From a virus (taxonomy: Duplodnaviria; Caudoviricetes): DNA of 40,517 nt. The notes under the pieces were generated by a model that was not told where the DNA came from, ran no database searches, and saw only the letters and a list, made by a program, of their open reading frames with translations. The stretch covers positions 1 through 40,517 of IMG/VR virus record IMGVR_UViG_3300021082_000318; one strand, written 5' to 3'. The translations under genes were made by a program, and so were the position numbers. This document shows positions 35,906-40,517 of this stretch, in pieces. Each line of letters begins with the position of its first letter. Position 1 is the first letter of the stretch.

Positions 35906-36577
35906 ATGAAGAACCGACTCTCCAGCAAGATCGCGATCACCATCGCAGCCCTGTTGCTCAGTGCATCAATCGCGCGCGCCGACCAGATCGTCAGCTTCGG
36001 TCAGCTTGGCACAACGAACACCTTCCTCGCCACGAACAACGGTGATGGGACCACGACCCTCGATGTCACGCTAGGCGGCGTGTCCATCACGAACATCGTG
36101 ACTGGTGCAACCGACCCCAACGCCGTTTTCGAGTTCGATGCCACCAGCGTGGATGCCGCTTCCCTGCTGGCCGGGACGATCATCACGCAGAGCTTCGAGG
36201 GGACGTTCTCGCTGCACAATCAGGCGAACACGATCCAGTATCTCTACGGTGACTTTGGCGCGGCCCTCATGCTGGGCGGCAATGGCGGGACGGGATCTCT
36301 GTTCACGTCGAACACCGCGGGACTCGCGCCTCTCAACCTGTTCACCGATCTGCCGGTTACGCTCGGCGATCCGATGAGCTTCTCGCTCTCACTGTCGAAC
36401 GTGTCGCCCGCGCTCGGGATCAGTGGTGGGACGATCAACAGTTTCACCGCCAGCTACACTGGCACCGCAGACGCAGAGCTTCAAGTGCCCGTGCCTGAAC
36501 CGGCGACGCTGACGATGCTGGGCGCCGGACTGCTCGGCCTCGCGGGTGCTGCGCGTCGTCGTCTCAGCAGGAAGTAG
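35906..36577 (+). CDS. PEP-CTERM surface protein
   Basis: signal peptide ending ARA-D; C-terminal VPEPATLTMLGAGLLGLAGAARRRLSRK. Confidence 0.92.
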   Translation: MKNRLSSKIAITIAALLLSASIARADQIVSFGQLGTTNTFLATNNGDGTTTLDVTLGGVSITNIVTGATDPNAVFEFDATSVDAASLLAGTIITQSFEGTFSLHNQANTIQYLYGDFGAALMLGGNGGTGSLFTSNTAGLAPLNLFTDLPVTLGDPMSFSLSLSNVSPALGISGGTINSFTASYTGTADAELQVPVPEPATLTMLGAGLLGLAGAARRRLSRK

Positions 36578-36623
36578 TAAGACAGAACGGAGTCGCGTGC
36601 GCGAAACGCCATCAGGGGATTGA

Positions 36624-36821
36624 GTGCCTTACTGGTTGCATTACTGGTTGCATCCGGTCCTCTGGTGGCGTCACAGAGGTGGGCCAGCGTTCTATCTCTG
36701 GCTCGCCTGTAAGCTTCCGAAGCGCCTGTGTTATTGGGTGCTGATCCGAATGGCTGGCCGATGTGAGCTTGGCTGGGACATTCGGACGATGCTCAAGCAA
36801 TACGACGACTGGTATTACTGA
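36624..36821 (+). CDS. small Trp-rich hypothetical protein
   Basis: GTG start; TGATG coupling to next ORF. Confidence 0.4.
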   Translation: MPYWLHYWLHPVLWWRHRGGPAFYLWLACKLPKRLCYWVLIRMAGRCELGWDIRTMLKQYDDWYY

Positions 36822-36967
36822 TGCCTCTCAAGTCCGGATCTTCGCAAAGGGTTGTATCTCAGAACATCCGGACGGAAATTGGGCATGGCCGTCCCCGCAA
36901 GCAAGCGATAGCAATCGCCTTGCAAAAGGCAGGAAAGTCTCGCAAGTCAACAAAGCAGAGGAGATAG
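36821..36967 (+). CDS. 48-aa basic phage protein, absent from ORF track
   Basis: [48 protein letters not shown]; 'QAxAIAL' type I recall near phage head genes. Confidence 0.7.
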   Translation: MPLKSGSSQRVVSQNIRTEIGHGRPRKQAIAIALQKAGKSRKSTKQRR

Positions 36968-36971
36968 CAGA

Positions 36972-37397
36972 ATGTCGACAACGAAGCTCGCACTCATCAC
37001 CATCCTGGAGCACCGCGGATCAGGCGGCGCACGTCCCGACAACACGTTGCCTCAGCCTCCCGCGGTCGTCTGGCCTCCGCAGACACCGCCCGACGGTCCC
37101 GGACCCGACAACACCTTGCCCACGCCTCCGCCGGGATTCCCCGTGCACCTGCCCGTCTTCCCGCCCGAGGTCGACAACGCGCTGCCCGGATCGCAGCCGC
37201 GACCCGACAACACGCTTCCCGGTGGCGGCAAGCCCCCGTCAGGCGGCAAGCCGGACAACACGCTGCCCTCCGGTGGTGCGCGCCCCGACAACTCCCTGCC
37301 CGATCCGAACCAGCGGTTCGAGCTGAAGTGGACTCCGGTCTACGGCTGGGTCCTCGTGCCCGTCAAGGACGAGGTCGCCGAGCCGAAGCGTCGCTAA
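36972..37397 (+). CDS. Pro-rich protein with six [PV]DN[TAS]LP repeats
   Basis: GAGGAG RBS; repeats visible; ends 'LKWTPVYGWVLVP'. Confidence 0.75.
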   Translation: MSTTKLALITILEHRGSGGARPDNTLPQPPAVVWPPQTPPDGPGPDNTLPTPPPGFPVHLPVFPPEVDNALPGSQPRPDNTLPGGGKPPSGGKPDNTLPSGGARPDNSLPDPNQRFELKWTPVYGWVLVPVKDEVAEPKRR

Positions 37398-37438
37398 TCC
37401 GTTCCCAGCGGTAAACGAAGACAGCAGAGGGTTAAGTC

Positions 37439-38002
37439 ATGGCTCTTGGTCAACCAATGCGTCCCGGCGCACCACAACGGGGAGCAACGCCTCAGACTCC
37501 CTCTGCTCGTCCTCGTCCCGGTATGGGAGTCCGTCCCGCACCACCCATGCGCCCTGGTCCTCCGATGGGGCCTCCCGGACAGATGCAGACAGCCGGTCCC
37601 CCGATGGGATCATTCAACAATCTCCAGATTCCCGGTCGGCCTCCGATCGGACCAGGCGGACCGATGCCTGGTCAGCTCCCTGCTGGTCCACCGCCGATGA
37701 TGGGTGGCCCGCAAGGTCCCGGCCCGCAAGGTCCAGGTCCGATGCCTGGTCGCATCCAGATCCCACAGCGAGGACAGCCCGGACCTGGCCTCATGGACCG
37801 TATCCCTCCCGGTGTCGTAGGCCCTCAGGGACCTCCGCCGCAGATGAACTCCATTCAGCCGCCTGGCATGATGCCCAATCGAGGTGGCGGCTTCGATCCG
37901 ACTGGCGGTGGAATGGGTCCCGATCCCGGCCGTCAGGCGATGCTGCAGAGGATTCTGCAGAACCGTGCGATGCAGCAACAGCAGGGCGGTCGGATGTATT
38001 AG
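37439..38002 (+). CDS. Pro/Gly/Met/Gln low-complexity protein
   Basis: GAGG RBS; GPPM/GPQG/PGPM repeats. Confidence 0.65.
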   Translation: MALGQPMRPGAPQRGATPQTPSARPRPGMGVRPAPPMRPGPPMGPPGQMQTAGPPMGSFNNLQIPGRPPIGPGGPMPGQLPAGPPPMMGGPQGPGPQGPGPMPGRIQIPQRGQPGPGLMDRIPPGVVGPQGPPPQMNSIQPPGMMPNRGGGFDPTGGGMGPDPGRQAMLQRILQNRAMQQQQGGRMY

Positions 38003-38027
38003 TCGGGCCATCAGCAGGAGAAGAACA

Positions 38028-38624
38028 ATGACGGACAAGAAGGGCAAGGACGAAGCCGCCGGTCTGGGAACCGCCGTGCTCGAAGGACCAGTCGGACAGT
38101 TGCTCAAGGACCGGGCCGGGAACGATCTCGAACTCGTCGGCCAGGACCCCGAAGGGCATCTCATCACGAACCCGCTCGTCGGCGGACCGGAGATCAATCA
38201 GCTGTGCACCGTCGTCGAGGCGCGTCAGTTCCTCGGTTACGGTGGCTTCATCGCCATCGAGAACCAGCACGGCCTCCAGAAGGCGCTTCATCGCGACGGC
38301 ATCTACACGCTCTCCAACGGTCAGCGATACGTCGTGCCGTTCGAGATCCACGAGGCGCTCGGCATCCCCCTGCCTCCGGTCAGCGTTCCCGAGGATCTGC
38401 TGATGAAGGGGCTGGTCGATCCTGGCGACGAGATGCTCACCGGCGAGGCCCTCGACTTCGCGATTCGGTCGAAGGCGGCGCGTGAAGGTCGGGACGTCCC
38501 CGACTACAAGAAGGAATACGCGAAGGACGCGCGCGATGCTCGGCCGACGACTCAGGTGAACCCCCGAGTCCCGCCACCGGCAACCACGCCGTTGCGCTCC
38601 GGGCCGATGCAGGGCGAGCTCTAA
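38028..38624 (+). CDS. hypothetical protein
   Basis: ATG 38028 with AGGAG RBS; directly precedes TerL. Confidence 0.7.
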   Translation: MTDKKGKDEAAGLGTAVLEGPVGQLLKDRAGNDLELVGQDPEGHLITNPLVGGPEINQLCTVVEARQFLGYGGFIAIENQHGLQKALHRDGIYTLSNGQRYVVPFEIHEALGIPLPPVSVPEDLLMKGLVDPGDEMLTGEALDFAIRSKAAREGRDVPDYKKEYAKDARDARPTTQVNPRVPPPATTPLRSGPMQGEL

Positions 38625-38633
38625 GCGAGCAGC

Positions 38634-40256
38634 GTGGCAATCGAGGTAGTAGACCGTTACACGAAGATCTGGAAACCGCACGATAGACAGCAGCGGTTCA
38701 TAGAGATTCCTGACACGGTCTTTGAGGCGCTCTACGGAGGGGCAGCTGGTGGAGGGAAGTCAGAACTCCTCATCATGCTGCCCATCCTTCGTGGCTGGCA
38801 TTTGCATCCGCGATTCCACGGGATTCTATTCCGTGAGACTTTTCCGCAGCTAGAGGAGTCACTGATTCCTCGCGCGGACGTATACTATAAGTTAGCTGGT
38901 GCGACGTTCAATGAAGCTAAACACTATTGGCGATTTCCGTCAGGCGCTGTTATCCGGGCTAGCTATCTCGAAAAAGAGAAACACGCTCGGAGACACGACA
39001 CTACGGAATACCACTATGCAGGCTTCGATGAGCTCACGAGCTTCAAGGAGTTCGTCTACAAGTTCCTCACATCACGTGTTCGTAGTTCCGAGCCTGATCT
39101 TCCGCCCATCGTCCGAAGTGCCAGTAATCCTGGCAACCAAGGCCACGTCTGGGTTCGGGAACGATTCGTTGACCCGGCGCGTGAGGGTGGGAAGATCATC
39201 TTTGATCGGGCGAGTAAGACGTATCGTATCTTCATTCCTGCGAAGTTAGAGGACAATCCGTATCTTAACGACGCAGACCCTGGTTATGCATGGCGCCTCG
39301 AGATTCTTCCAGAGGCAGAGAGGCGCGCGAAGAAGGATGGTGACTGGTATGTATTCAGCGGACAGGTCTTCTCCGAGTGGCGAGACTTCCACCGGTCAAA
39401 TGAACCTGAGAACGCGTTACATGTCATTCAGCCATTCGAGATACCGACGTGGTGGCCGAGAATCCTTGCCGTTGACTGGGGTTTCACGGCTAAGACCTGG
39501 GCGGGCTGGGCTGCTGTATCTCCTGATTCTCGGTGTTTCCTGTATCGAGAGTATGCTAAGGATAAGCAGAACATTGAGACTTGGGGGGCGGATCTTGCGC
39601 GGCTCTCGCAATATGAGCGGGCCGAGATTCATTCTGTTGTTCTCGATCCGTCGGCCTGGGCGCACAGGGGAGACAAGTTCACCATAGCGCAGCAGTTCGA
39701 ATCTGCGTCAGGGTTCAAGCCTTCACAGGCCGACAACGATCGTCTCGGTGGGAAGATGCTCTTGCATTCCTTCCTGAGATGGCAACCGCGACCTGCGAAG
39801 TATATTCCTGCGGAGGGTTATAGCGAGGAGCGCGCAGCTTACATCTACCGGAACTTCGGTGCAGACGCCTTTGCGAAATATCAGGACGTATTCACTGTTG
39901 AGCCTCCGGAGATGAACCTGCCGCGGCTTCAAGTGTTTGACACGTGCAAGGAGTTCATCAAGACGATCCCCATCTGCATCTACGACAACAAAGATGGAGA
40001 GGTCGTTGAGGACGTAGCGGAGTTCAACGGAGACGATCCTTACGACGGTGGACGGTATCTGATCAAAGAAGTTGATCAATACATTCGCCTCGTTTGGAGC
40101 CGAGACCAACGTGTTCAAGCGTTGGCCAAGGTGATGGACAACTTCGCTAAGACTCAGAATTGGACATCGTTGCATCGTCAAATGGAGGCGCTGGAGGCCA
40201 AGAAACAGCCATCGAAATCGATTCAACGGAGACGGAGGTTCGGTGCGTATCGCTGA
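38634..40256 (+). CDS. terL: terminase large subunit
   Basis: 'PHDRQ', Walker A YGGAAGGGKS, Walker B GFDELT, 'ASNPG', nuclease 'AVDWGF', 'DDPYDGGRY'. Confidence 0.95.
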   Translation: MAIEVVDRYTKIWKPHDRQQRFIEIPDTVFEALYGGAAGGGKSELLIMLPILRGWHLHPRFHGILFRETFPQLEESLIPRADVYYKLAGATFNEAKHYWRFPSGAVIRASYLEKEKHARRHDTTEYHYAGFDELTSFKEFVYKFLTSRVRSSEPDLPPIVRSASNPGNQGHVWVRERFVDPAREGGKIIFDRASKTYRIFIPAKLEDNPYLNDADPGYAWRLEILPEAERRAKKDGDWYVFSGQVFSEWRDFHRSNEPENALHVIQPFEIPTWWPRILAVDWGFTAKTWAGWAAVSPDSRCFLYREYAKDKQNIETWGADLARLSQYERAEIHSVVLDPSAWAHRGDKFTIAQQFESASGFKPSQADNDRLGGKMLLHSFLRWQPRPAKYIPAEGYSEERAAYIYRNFGADAFAKYQDVFTVEPPEMNLPRLQVFDTCKEFIKTIPICIYDNKDGEVVEDVAEFNGDDPYDGGRYLIKEVDQYIRLVWSRDQRVQALAKVMDNFAKTQNWTSLHRQMEALEAKKQPSKSIQRRRRFGAYR

Positions 40257-40517
40257 ATGGTTCGGATACGGGAAAGAACAGAAAAGTTCAGTGGCTGAAC
40301 AATACGCAACGGGATGCGAAACTTGTGCAGCCTTACGAGACACGATCTCTCGGCAACAGGAGACGATTGATTTACTTGAGCGTCTCCTATCCGAAGAGAA
40401 GGACGAGCGTCAGGCTCTACTGGAACGCTTCAACGTCATACGGCCAGCGGAACCGGCAACGTCGAACGGGTCTGAAGTAAAACAGATTCGAACCTCCAGA
40501 ATCCCTTGGTCTCACAG
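40243..40517 (+). CDS. 3'-truncated coiled-coil hypothetical protein
   Basis: GTG 40243 after GGAGG; MRIAEWFGYGKEQ...CETC...LLERLLSEEKDERQALLERF, open to window end. Confidence 0.55.
   Translation, partial: MRIAEWFGYGKEQKSSVAEQYATGCETCAALRDTISRQQETIDLLERLLSEEKDERQALLERFNVIRPAEPATSNGSEVKQIRTSRIPWSH
40286..40300. promoter_or_regulatory. GTTCA-N5-TGAAC palindrome (copy 5)
   Basis: GTTCAGTGGCTGAAC, 30 nt after the terL stop, inside the next ORF. Confidence 0.5.

Noticed and set aside
1-40517. Prophage, tRNA genes or alternative genetic code
   Set aside because: No integrase, repressor or host flanks recognised; no tRNA cloverleaf noticed by eye (tRNAscan not run); genes are full length in the standard code using all three stops.

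Overview
The window is most of a GC-rich tailed-phage genome with a podovirus-like layout. No portal, scaffold, major capsid, integrase or endolysin gene is recognisable inside it. (1) Plus strand, 1-17126: virion module with adaptor, tail nozzle, FN3-type tail protein, fibre proteins, a GNAT-like protein and three ejection-type proteins. (2) Minus strand, 17123-32836: early/replication module with an Acb2/Tad1-like protein, DUF3987-type ATPase, UDG-PolA fusion, nucleoside deoxyribosyltransferase-like protein, ParB-DNA methylase, very acidic protein, SSB-like protein, Sak4-like ATPase, PD-(D/E)XK nuclease and SNF2 helicase. (3) 32837-34830: mostly non-coding control region with strong sigma70 promoters and a symmetric origin-like element. 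(4) Plus strand, 34831-end: TerS candidate, cold-shock protein, PEP-CTERM protein, Pro-rich proteins and TerL. The standout is a cassette inside the tail-fibre operon (6419-10341). It encodes a protein with about 51 His-x-Asp motifs, a radical SAM/SPASM enzyme carrying five His-x-Asp motifs in its own C-terminal tail, and a Cys/His-rich domain fused to a methyltransferase. My inference is a RiPP-maturase-like system that post-translationally modifies a phage structural protein. All family assignments come from motif recognition by eye; no database searches were run.
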